From assembly GCA_946965045.2 (NCBI GenBank), contig OX337241.1, positions 1-64,000 on the forward strand: a stretch of 64,000 nucleotides of DNA, read 5' to 3'. Position 1 is the stretch's first letter; each line of letters begins with the position of its first letter. Source of the DNA: Epithemia pelagica. Taxonomy: Eukaryota > Protista > Bacillariophyta. Shown piece after piece: positions 44,387-54,570 of this stretch. Both the position numbers and the translations under genes were made by a program. The notes under the pieces are model-generated. The model did no database searches. It worked only from the letters and a program-made list of their open reading frames with translations, and was not told the DNA's origin.

Positions 44387-45250
44387 ATGAATCACGCTGC
44401 CTCGTTGTCCTCGAGTACGTTTGTGGAAATGAACAACATTGGCATTTGGTATATGCAACATGGTTTGTATGATCCGGCCGCACAGGCATTTCGATCCGCA
44501 CTACATCAAGTAGCACGACGCATCGGGTCTCCCTCTCCTGCTTCCTCTTCTTGTATGGAATCGAGGGAATGTCCTCCAACGGCTGCGACAAGAACTGATG
44601 GCAAAGTGGAGCCAATGAGGATGGATGAACCATCGCCACCTACACTGCCACCACCTACATGCGCTGGTTGGAACGTCACTTGCGCGAAGCCATGCATTTC
44701 AGATATGGAGGGGATTTATTCAGATCACAATACGCTGATGATCCACTCATCTCCCTTTCTAATCGCGGATGCGAAACGGAATTGGAACATGTCTTCCTAC
44801 ATCTGCGACGATGTGGAATCTCGAATGATTTCAAGTGCCCTGATCTTTAACCTTGGTTTATCCTATCATTTGAGAGCACTCTGCTATGGTCGCGAGAGAA
44901 GACAACGACAACTAGATCACCGAACTACCCGAGATATCGATCTAAGTCGAGCTCAAAAAGCCTATGACTTGGCCGCCCTTTCCCTCCAAAGTTTGTGTCT
45001 ATCACACCTAAAATCAGACGATGAAGGAAGGATTGTCATGGCCATTTATAACAACAAGGCCCATACCAACTATCATTTCTTTGATGTGGTCTCTGCTCAA
45101 CATTCCTTGCGGACCTTGAATCAGTTACTTTCTCAGAGAGAGGCCATGAACCAGACATACAACGATGAGCAATGGAAACTAGTGGATCAGCACTTTTATC
45201 TAAATGCTGGCCATGTCACGAATCTGGCAACTTTCTCACCCGCCGCTTAA
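44387..45250 (+). CDS. Hypothetical TPR-like helical protein
   Basis: 287-aa ORF. MNNIGIWYMQHG...AAQAFRSAL, SALIFNLGLSYHLRA, MAIYNNKAH. Confidence 0.75.
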   Translation: MNHAASLSSSTFVEMNNIGIWYMQHGLYDPAAQAFRSALHQVARRIGSPSPASSSCMESRECPPTAATRTDGKVEPMRMDEPSPPTLPPPTCAGWNVTCAKPCISDMEGIYSDHNTLMIHSSPFLIADAKRNWNMSSYICDDVESRMISSALIFNLGLSYHLRALCYGRERRQRQLDHRTTRDIDLSRAQKAYDLAALSLQSLCLSHLKSDDEGRIVMAIYNNKAHTNYHFFDVVSAQHSLRTLNQLLSQREAMNQTYNDEQWKLVDQHFYLNAGHVTNLATFSPAA

Positions 45251-46423
45251 TATCAATGTTATCTAGGCCTACGGTCGACGGTACTTCCATCTTCTATCCC
45301 TGTTTTTTGACATAACTTAGTTCTTCGGACCTTTTTGTTTGATCACAACATCGCGTCCAATAGGGTTATGGGTCATGGCATGGCCCATGGCCCATGGTCA
45401 TCATGGATCATGGAGGATAGTCCCGCGACAAAACCACACCCGAAGTTGGTAACTCGAGACCCTGCCGAAATAAAAATAATGGCCATACTCATGACTCATC
45501 GATCATCCATGACACGTGACACGAGATAAAAATTCAGATGGGCCACGCTTCTCCACGCGCTATGCTGACTACCCAGTGAGGAAAAATCTGACAACATGGG
45601 CAACAGTTTTGAATATCTCTCCTATTGTATTTAAAGAGAAGAAATACTCCAAGGCTATGGTAGTACTTGGTACTCGTAGTAGGTAGTCGTTAGTCTAGAG
45701 GTAGTCAGAGGCCAAATCCGACCAATGACGCTAACAAGGTTCCGTTTTCAATAACAATTTAAACGAGGGGGCGTGAAGAAAGGTCAGATGCCGACTCCAA
45801 ACAGCTACTATGTTGAATCATGATGAGACGGAGAAACTGAAACAGGCTTATTGTGGAAGTTCGAAGTTATAGGGGAATGGCGTCCTCCGACTCAGGTGTG
45901 GAGTCACGATCATAGGGGCGCCCTGACATCCCATAACCTGACGGCCTTGAGAAATTCTAATAAATAGTAGCTGACAGAAACGGAGCCACATGTTTTGGAT
46001 CTGACTTCCGATGAACGGCGCATTCAAACTATAATCAAACATCACCAATATACGTCGTCTTTCTCTGTTCTTGTTTTTTCTTTATTACTCGTACTAAGCC
46101 ATCATTTCTCATGTCAGAAGTCAGACAGAAACAAGAAAACAGACTCAGATTCCCGAGATTCAGAAAAACTATCTGGTCCCGGACGAAGCTGTCGTAAGCA
46201 AAGAGTAAGCTACTCCGAGTAGCTAGGAGTAGGAGTGGCTAGGACAACACTTAAGGAGTAGAAGTACTCCTAGTAGATACTCCTAGGAGTAGTTTATGTG
46301 TGTTCTGACACAGAAACGGATTACGAGGTCGTCCAAAACAAAAACCGGATGTGTTCCGACGTTCCCAAGAACATCACACACGATGAAAGCCGCCCATACA
46401 AACAACACTGTTTCTGCCATTGG

Positions 46424-47344
46424 TCATGCCGATGGCGATGACTCGGCAATCTTGCACATCATGGCATTCCACAAAAAATGTCCATCTCTCTCGTCCACTT
46501 TGTGTCCCGGGTCTTGAACAAGTCGGTCTTCACGATGGCGGTAATGCAGAGACAATAATGATCGCAACATAGCTAAATGACGTTGGGTTTCTTGAACATC
46601 AAAGAAATGAAAGCATGTATGAGCCATATTGTTGTGAATGGCAACAAACACGCGTTGTTCATTCCAACTCAGCTGTTGATAGACACTTGGGGGCGTTCGA
46701 TCAAAGACACGCTTGGCATTCCAATAGATTTGTCGGGCTCCCGCAAGGTCCTCTTGTTGGCTTCTTCTGTCATTACCGGGAACTATCACAAGAGCTCGGA
46801 GGTGAAAGCATAGCGCCATGTTGAACAAAAGAATCCCTGAAAGAACAGTCGTCAGGCAGCTCTCACATTTGAGGCAAGGATCGTCAAAAGGGACAGGATT
46901 TGTTCCTGAATTCTCTCGTGCGATACCCAAGCAGTAAAACGCGCTGCTATGGAGAACTAACGTGTTGTGATCCGGGAAACAAGCATCGTTGTCCTTGTTC
47001 TTCAATCCGTGGCTCAAAGCCATTCGTATATCCTCAGAACTTTGAAGAGTGACACGACTCCTCAAGTCGTTGTTCGACGGGAAACAGCCAACGTTTTCTT
47101 GTGACTGCGCCTCCAGTCCATTGGCAAGTTCTCCGAGCGCAAACCGGAAATGGGAAATGGCTTGCTCAAACATGCCATTTCTCATGAAGGCTATGCCGGT
47201 GTTGTTGATACGTTCAAAGTTGATACGATTACTCATTGGTTCGTGCCTTGGACTGAGAAAATTATGAGAGGATAAGTGCTTGACCTTGTACGCCTCCTTT
47301 TTTCCGAATAATTGGATAGCCCTCTCAAATAGTGAGAGTAGCAT
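46424..47344 (-). CDS. Hypothetical TPR-like helical protein, paralog of 44387-45250
   Basis: 306-aa ORF. INNTGIAFMRNG...AISHFRFAL, shared DHNTL, GILLFNMALCFHLRA, VAIHNNMAHTCFHFFDV. Confidence 0.75.
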   Translation of the reverse strand: MLLSLFERAIQLFGKKEAYKVKHLSSHNFLSPRHEPMSNRINFERINNTGIAFMRNGMFEQAISHFRFALGELANGLEAQSQENVGCFPSNNDLRSRVTLQSSEDIRMALSHGLKNKDNDACFPDHNTLVLHSSAFYCLGIARENSGTNPVPFDDPCLKCESCLTTVLSGILLFNMALCFHLRALVIVPGNDRRSQQEDLAGARQIYWNAKRVFDRTPPSVYQQLSWNEQRVFVAIHNNMAHTCFHFFDVQETQRHLAMLRSLLSLHYRHREDRLVQDPGHKVDERDGHFLWNAMMCKIAESSPSA

Positions 47345-47396
47345 CGTACATCATAAAAATACTTATAGCTAGTGTACTTTGGTATTTTCCGATAGC

Positions 47397-48118
47397 AGAC
47401 AGCAGAAAAGTTAAGTATTATAATCGGATTATTGTATCGGTTACGTAGCCCTTAAGCCTAGAAACTAGAAAGTAGAAAGTGCGCCTGATAACTGATAATA
47501 TATAATATCCTTTGAAAACAGCTGGGATGACCATCAATCTTCAGCGTGTGAAGCTGCTTTGAGACTGAGACGGATCTACCCAGAGAAATAGCTCTGGAGA
47601 GGAAAGGTCAATTCTCAACTGGAAACTTAGAACTAGCACTAAGTATGATCTGAATTGTCGATCCAGTCGTCTTTCGATCCTCTAGGGTTTCAGGTTTTCC
47701 AGATTCTATGATCAATTCTCAGTCCCACTTCTTGCCGAGTGACGAGTGACCATTGATTCTAGGACTAAGGACTACCAATACTTGTGCCGAAAGTGCTCCG
47801 TCCCGTAATGAAACGTCAAAGTCACCTAATAACTAATAAAAGAAAAAGACAGGCCCTATGCGAATTGGGATTTTCGTCTCGGTTTCGGTTCTCTTATTCG
47901 ATAGACGAGAGTTAAAACCTTTCCAGTTTGCCATAATTTGAGTCATGTGTGTGCGTGGGTCCCGAGCCCCTGAGCTACCTCTCCGCCTCGACACTCGCAT
48001 AATCTGACGGACTACTGCGTAGTGTTCCTGCTGCCTCTCTCTATGTCCATGGCAACAACAACAACAACAAGCATAAAAAGCTTTTCAAGGACTCTATATT
48101 TCTGGAATGGTTGCTCTA
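47397..48118 (+). repeat. Duplicated segment A (upstream region between the TPR-like gene and CHMP1); second copy at 57644-58369
   Basis: 47397-47826 reads identical to 57644-58073. The remainder aligns with substitutions and indels up to GTTGCTCTA. Confidence 0.95.
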
Positions 48119-48355
48119 TTAACCACACCCAGTTTTTTGGTCGCTTTCAGTCGCATAAGAACTGACCCCATCTGCATTCCCACGCCTGTCAGCACCCCAT
48201 GCTGCCGCTCCAGGCACGTGTCAAGGCACGTGTATCAACTGTCCCCTCTTCCAACGGTCTCCCGAAGAAAATCACCTACTACCTTTGTACTTGCATGTTG
48301 CATGAGATGGGCCAAAAAACCCACTCTCATAGCCTTTCCTTCCTTTTCCAACACT

Positions 48356-48696
48356 CTCTCCTACTACCCTTGATAACTTTCTACATGTAAGTCGGATTTC
48401 AACATTGAATGGCTCGTTGGAAAGCCCTTTGCAAGACCGTTCTAACAATACCTTGTTTGGTTTGATTGCGTTGGTCCTTCAGAAGCGATTTGATTTTGAA
48501 ATTTGGGGTCTTTTTGGTGGCTGCTCCAGCACCCTCTCCTACTACCCTTGATAACTTTCTACATGTAAGTCGGATTTCAACATTGAATGGCTCGTTGGAA
48601 AGCCCTTTGCAAGACCGTTCTAACAATACCTTGTTTGGTTTGATTGCGTTGGTCCTTCAGAAGCGATTTGATTTTGAAATTTGGGGTCTTTTTGGT
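48356..48696. repeat. Tandem duplication with 178-bp period near the left end of the MULE
   Basis: 48356-48518 repeats at 48534-48696. Confidence 0.9.
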
Positions 48697-48814
48697 TGTC
48701 TACATCAGGATTTGTCATGGGTGATGTCCAAGGAAGCCCTCAAGGGAGGTCGTTTAGAACCAGACCATAATGGTCAGGCTCTCACCGCCCAGTGCTTAGG
48801 CAGTACATCTTCAA

Positions 48815-50010
48815 ATGTACATGCCAACAAAAGTACGGGGGGGGGGGCTTGCACGGAGATTAACTCAGGATGAGATTCTGCAGAACATAGCTGAAGAACA
48901 TACAGGCTTTGATGTTACTAATGCTTTTCATGTGTTCAAGTCCAATAAACCATGTTCTCAAAGGACACAAGTTGCTGCTTTGGTTGCCAAAGCATCTTCC
49001 ATGCCAAGGTCTTCTGCACAACGATATCGCCGGAATAAGAAGAGACAAAAGCAGGAAGACGCATTGAAAGAGATTACCGAAGCACCTGATTCTTTGAAGA
49101 TTTCTTCTTCTATTCTACACAAGTTCTGCCTAGTCTTCACAAATGACCCTACCGATGGTCCGCTGGAGCTATCCAAATGCACTCCAAATGTCCCCCACCC
49201 TGTTTCCTTGTCAAGCTGGAAAGTAATTGGAGAGTCTGGTGACCAAGGAAGTATCTTTCGTCCAGATAAACAGAAACTACCTGTGTTTCTCAAACCGCCA
49301 CGTCAAATTCTAACAAGTGATAATGTGACACAGAACCTACTTGATGTTCTTGAGAAGTTGGAGACAACATGCAACCATCAATCACGTGGCAAGTCACGTT
49401 ATGTCGGATGTGATGAACACAAGACAAACTACATCACTCTTGGTGTCCATGCAAATCGGGGAAGAAAAGGGCTGGTAGATTCAAAGTTTTCTAAGTTGAA
49501 AGCAAAGGAGAAACGGGTAATCTTACAATTCATCAAACAGCTTGAGACACAGCTGGAAAAATGGATTGACTGGTCTTATTCTTTTGCGTTCGAGAACTCT
49601 GCAAGAAATGGTGAATTCAAGTTGTGGTCCCACAAGGGGAAAGTACACATTTCTTCTCCTCTGTTGCGTTCGGACGAAACGTTTTCCTTCAAGCCCATAC
49701 AGACAACGACTTTGGTCTGTCCATTTCTGTCGTCATGCTTGTGGAACCAAGTAACAAAGACAAGGATGAAGTTTTGGCTCAATTTGTCTTCCCAGAACAT
49801 GGACAAGTTGTGGCGTTACGACACCTCGACATCATCATTTTCAATCCTCTTGAGTACCATTGTGTCTCCAAGAGGGCAACCAAACATGAAATCTTTTGTC
49901 TGACATGCTATTTGAAGACTGCAGTGGTGGGTAAGAACGACAACACAATTCCTATCACGGACAATGAAAAAGCAATTTTGGCAGCTGCCAAGAACAAAAC
50001 TAGTCATTAA
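48815..50010 (+). CDS. TET/JBP-like Fe(II)-dependent dioxygenase, split by one frameshift at the G4 run 49636-49639
   Basis: Adding one G joins ORF 48815 (...FKLWSHKG) to ORF 49624 (ESTHFFSSVAFGRNVFLQAHTDNDF...FVFPEHGQVVALRHLDIIIFNPLEYHCVS...CLTCYLK). HxD at 49696-49704 and distal His at 49858-49860 sit in a double-stranded beta-helix pattern. Start codon uncertain. Confidence 0.72.
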
Positions 50011-50076
50011 AGTAAACCATATGTTGCATAAACAAACGCTAAATATTGTTTAGATCTGTTATAGGAGTTTTACAAT

Positions 50077-53000
50077 CTAGGTGAAAGACGTCAGACCTAA
50101 TGTGGCACCACGGAAACGACGTTTATGCTGGGTTTGTTCAGCATTTGCCGAAACCCATTCCTGACCTTGGTTGTGATGTCCCCGTTCTGCCATTTTCCGG
50201 CGTATGTCTCGACGTAGTTGGCGAAATGACTCAAGATGGGATAAAAGATTGTGATCAGAAGCGACATAGTTACCAGACCGGAAAAGATCCTGTAGTTCTG
50301 AAACCTCTTCGCGAATACATGAAATGAATTGTTGTGTTGTCATTTGCTCCCCAGCTTCTTCTTCAATTGCCTGCAGGAAAATTTCATTCTCCTCACTCTC
50401 CTGGGTGGAGAAATGCGCGTCGTACGTGCCTTGGCCATCTGTGTCATAGTCTTCTTTTTCTTCTGGAAACGAAGGAAATGCTGGCATTTGGGTTGTATAA
50501 GCATTGTTTGTGATGTCATCATTTGTGACAAAACATTCTTGGGACAGATATCCAGGATCGGGACATATCTCCCTTTCCCTTGTTGTTGTTGTTGCTGCTG
50601 TTGCATTTGAGACAAGACTTCCTCTAAATGTATTGATAGCACGCAGTATTTGATCTTCTGTATAGTTGACACAACTACTTTTTGGATCAACGTGCAGATG
50701 TTTGAATTTGATGGGATTGTCTCCCGTGTTGTACGGGCCTTCTGTCCAGCCATCTATATTTTGAAGGGGAAGGGGAAATTTAGGTCCCGATATGTCGTTG
50801 TCCAGCAAGTGCTGGATGCACTCATCAACATTGTTATTCCCGTCACGGAGACCAAGGAAGACATGTTTCTTCCACCACACAATACTCACATCATGGTGGG
50901 TAAATCCTTTGTAGCTAGGATACTCGTGCATAAGCACAGCTGCTTGGTGAGCACATGGTATCCCGCGTCGTTCAAAAGACATACAGGTGCACTCCAGGCG
51001 TCCCATTTTGTTCAGATGTACACATCGAGTGCGATGCCACACAGGAAGCAAATGTTTTTTTTTCATTGTTGACAATAGAGGGGTCGCTTATAACAACGTG
51101 CCATTGCCATGGAGAAAAGGGGACAGGTGCACGACGGACACTATAGTTCTTCCCAAAATTCCATGATTTTGTTGCCAGATCAAGACACAATTCTGTGACA
51201 AAACCGTTGACTGGGAGGTGGTTTGTCCAGGTGGCCGTTGCTTCTACACTCGAGGACGCACAACGCATCTGTTCATCAATGGCCATGTCAGACTGGAGCT
51301 TGAGCATAGCTGCATTGAATGCAACAGTTCTGTTGGCCAACACTGGTGCAGAATGTTCCTTTAAGCCAAGATTTGTGCCTTCATGACTGCTGTTTGTCGA
51401 TTCTTCATAATAGCGGATTCCTTTACGATAATGGAAGCACAAGTGCCTGTTGTGAACAAAGACATAGCCAATAAGAAAGTTGTGGATAACTTTCCGGAGC
51501 TGGGGGGTCAAGAAAGTGCGAACAGGCCTGGAGTAAACAAAGGCAAGAAGAAGACATTTTGAGATATGGAGTTCCTGTTCACTTTCACAGTAGCGTGGAT
51601 ACATGAATGAGTAACACCACTTCTTTACAGTGGTTGCAAATTGCCGGTATGTGCGTTTGTATTCCCATGGAATTGCTCCCTCAATGGAGCACTGCCTACT
51701 CCAACCCTTGAAAATGATATGCCAGCCACAACGGATTCTGATGCAGTGTGGCATGTATCGACGCATCGATTCTTCCAATTCTTCAATTTCATGGGAGTCT
51801 CCATCAGTTACTATGGCCTTGACCCGTGCTATCCATTGTGTTCCAAGAAGAGTCGGGAAAGCAATGCAGAAAACCCATCGAAATGTTGTTCTTCTCTCAT
51901 TGGATAGAAACATTTGCATGATGACAAGATATTTTCCATAGGCCGTGCGCATTGACACAGTCATTAAGGGGCGGTTTTCTCTATTTGTTCCTTTGGTGAC
52001 ATCAATCTTCAGTGCATGCGGAAACAGTCGAAACATTCGCCGCTCTTTATTCGTGATCCAAGCACAAGCAATGAACATATTCTGGTCAACATCAAGTTTC
52101 AGATTTTCCATTTCAGTAGTATATTCATGGAGGATCTCTTGACAAAAGTGAGTCAAGTCTGAAACACTGTGGTTCCCATCTTTGTCTTTGTTCTCATTGA
52201 AGATTTACCCTGACTGCCGTTCCATATGAGCATCGGTAACACTGTCTGGGCGCGCTCCCCAAATGCAGTAGCTTAAACTTTCAGCAGTACGAAGCCATTC
52301 AACTACGGCTTCTGCAGATGCACGTATTCCATCAAAGTGGTACATTCCTGTTGTGTCAGTTACACAAAAAGCATATCGCATTTGATCACGAGTAATGGTC
52401 AAATTGCCATTTGCGTGGAAGTAGTTGCGACCAGCCGCTGGTCCTGTAAATGCATTACCAAGTTCACCCGCACGTTTGCGTTGTTGAGCAGTAAAGTTCC
52501 TAATGCAAAATGGAATGTCAGATGACATCTTCTTCATGTGGTTGCAGTGACATGCATTCCCGGCGACTCTGGTGATATAGAAACCTTTGGAATTGGCAAA
52601 GACCGTGAAATGAAAAGAGCAAGTATGATCACGATGTAGTGCTCGGTTGGTGATGCGTTTACGCGCTTGTTTCCTACCCTCCGGTCCTCGACTATTAGCT
52701 CGTTGATCGTTGTGCAGAGAAATGCCACGGTATTGCTGAATGGAAGGTTCATCACTTGCTTTACGCTTTTGGTAGACTCTGTAACGTTCACATCGAAAGG
52801 TTCTTGAAAAAAAGGGAGGGGAACTTCCTTCAGGGAAGTGTTTACGGGAAGCAAGCGAAGAATTCTTGGTGGAGTTACCGTTGCTCACAAGAACAAAACC
52901 GGATGTTAAAGATTTTGTAACTAAATCTTGGTGAAGATTTGCCATTGAATTGCCTTCCTTTGAGAGTTCATCTGCAGATTGGAGAGGAGGGTATGTGCTA

Positions 53001-53395
53001 CAATCAAAGTATGCGTACTTGCCCTTGATGCCATTCGCTGCTTGTAGTCGGCCAAAGAAGGCACAAATGTCCAGTTCTACAGTTGTGTCACTGTTGGCAC
53101 AATTGTTGCCTACATGCATTTGGAATTGAAGTGGCGAGTGCCATTCTTTGTCCAATGATGCAAAGAGATCATCCAGGTATTGTTGTGTTAGATCTTGGAT
53201 AGGAACCAGGTTATCCTCAGATAGGGGCTGAGCGTCATTGTCCACCATGATAGGATGCAAACTATGTGACGGTTTTTGAACTGGAAATGGATTTGAATTT
53301 GTCCAGCGCGGGGTGGCCAATTTTATGGTCACGATGAAAGCGTGTTGTTTGTCTATATATCCAATGCTCTTTGGAATACATAGGCGACTAGTCAT
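50077..53395 (-). pseudogene. MULE transposase with N-terminal FAR1/WRKY-GCM-like zinc domain, DDE core and SWIM finger; one in-frame stop (52205-52207) and one frameshift (A9 run, 51055-51063)
   Basis: TCSFHFTVF...GNACHCNH, KIDVTKGTNRENRPL, IVTDGD, RCGWHII, STNSSHEG, SWIM CTCMSFERRGIPCAH. ORFs 52205- and 50972-52156 are in the same frame across a single TAA. Confidence 0.88.
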
Positions 53396-53481
53396 TGGCC
53401 GGGGGGCGTGCGTGATTGGAAGGGTACCCGGAGTTTTAAAAGGAAATGGGATTGAAAAACTGGGTGTGTTTAATCGGGAGT

Positions 53482-53817
53482 AGATCCGTCCGCTTCGACA
53501 GCTATTTTTCGCGCTATCCAGTCTACCTCTTCCGCAAATACGCCAAGGCGTCCTTGATGATCCAGAATCATGGTTCGATTTCGAAAGGAAATGTGTGTGG
53601 ACGAGAGGAATTTGCACGACTCGGAAGAACGACCAACGAGTCCCACAAACGAAGGCCAATCGCTCGCGATTCTTCTCGCATTGCTCTCTCAACGCCAACA
53701 ACAACAACAACCAACGACGACAACGACGTCGCCTACTTGAACCTACCCAACAAAAGAAAAGAAGCAGTCAAGCAACAACAACAACAGTCATCATGGGAAA
53801 CAAAGTGAGCTTGGAAG
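53482..53817 (+). repeat. Duplicated segment B: CHMP1 upstream/5' UTR region plus first 8 codons; native copy at 58567-58911
   Basis: Sequence ends in ATGGGAAACAAAGTGAGCTTGGAAG in both places. The distal ~290 bp read identical. Confidence 0.95.
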
Positions 53818-53954
53818 TGACTGCTTCCAAGCGATCGGTGACACGCTGCTTAAGAGTGTACAAGGGGTCCTGAAGGTTGCATTTTCCTCTTAGATCCGTT
53901 GTATCTTCCTTTCTCGTTTCCATACTCTTCGTTACGTTCTCCATTCCGTAGCGT

Positions 53955-54570
53955 GTGTGTTGTGGTGTCAGGTGCGCCCAGAATGCAGCACTTGTGGTAG
54001 GATGAGCAAGTCTCGAAGGCTCCGCTTCGCGAGCCTTTCGAGATGGGATATCCGGGTACCCTTCGGGTAACCCGGATTCCCAGCTTCACACCACAACACA
54101 CCAGTAGAGAATACGTAGGATCCAGAAGAGGACGGAAGCGAGAGGCGCCAGTTGGCTATCTTCGATAGTCTAACGTAGACGGCAGCAAGGACGACTCATC
54201 GGATCTAGAATCACGTCGATGACCAATCGGACACGTCACACGTTAGGCCGATTGGCATTCACATCAGCCGCAGGTCAACCAAGCACCATAGCTTGTTGCA
54301 CCTGGGGAAGAAAGAGACGCTTGCGTAGAAAGCTTAATTTCTTTCTTTCCCGCCCACCACTTCCCTTTCTAGGTCATCTGGTTGTTCCAACTACGTGACC
54401 TGGTAGGATGAGCAAGTCTCGAAGGCTCCGCTTCGCGAGCCTTTCGAGATGGGATATCCGGGTACCCTTCGGGTAACCCGGATTCCCAGCTTCACACCAC
54501 AACAACAACACACCAGTAGAGATCCAGAAGAGGACGGAAGCGAGAGGCGCCAGTTGGCTATCTTCGATAG
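53955..54570. other. Highly self-complementary ~147-bp element (53955-54101) with a partial second copy (53995-54168 repeated at 54401-54570)
   Basis: 14-bp perfect closing stem GTGTGTTGTGGTGT/ACACCACAACACAC enclosing three hairpins, one with a C(TTCG)G loop. Confidence 0.7.

Larger units (their letters stand above)
48118..53474. mobile_element. Mutator-like (MULE) DNA transposon, 5.36 kb, carrying a TET/JBP-like dioxygenase gene
   Basis: 20-bp TIR with 19/20 match: ATTAACCACACCCAGTTTTT (48118-48137) and AAAAACTGGGTGTGTTTAAT (53455-53474). Homology with the duplicated flanks stops at or within a few bases of these ends. Two convergent genes inside. Confidence 0.85.

Noticed and set aside
46200-46295. 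Cluster of TACTCC/GGAGTA palindromic words
   Set aside because: Short, imperfect and low-complexity. No defined ends, so not supportable as an element.
49611-49643. Programmed -1 frameshift or 26-nt intron in the dioxygenase
   Set aside because: There is no in-frame X XXY YYZ slippery heptamer, and 26 nt is far below the 75-298-nt introns seen in this window. A one-base homopolymer indel explains it.
52159-52208. An intron removing the stop codon in the MULE transposase
   Set aside because: Candidate introns are only 42-50 nt, and the 50-nt one shifts the frame. The frame continues unchanged past the TAA, so a point nonsense change is simpler.
48118-53474. piggyBac or Kolobok assignment because of flanking TTAA
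   Set aside because: The transposase motifs (DxTxxTN..PL, TDGD, CxWH, SWIM) are MULE-type.
53396-53710. N-terminal extension (MLLLLALREQ...) of the transposase ORF 52205-53710
   Set aside because: It crosses the TIR into the antisense strand of the duplicated CHMP1 upstream segment. The same peptide appears at 58613-58804, so it is fortuitous.
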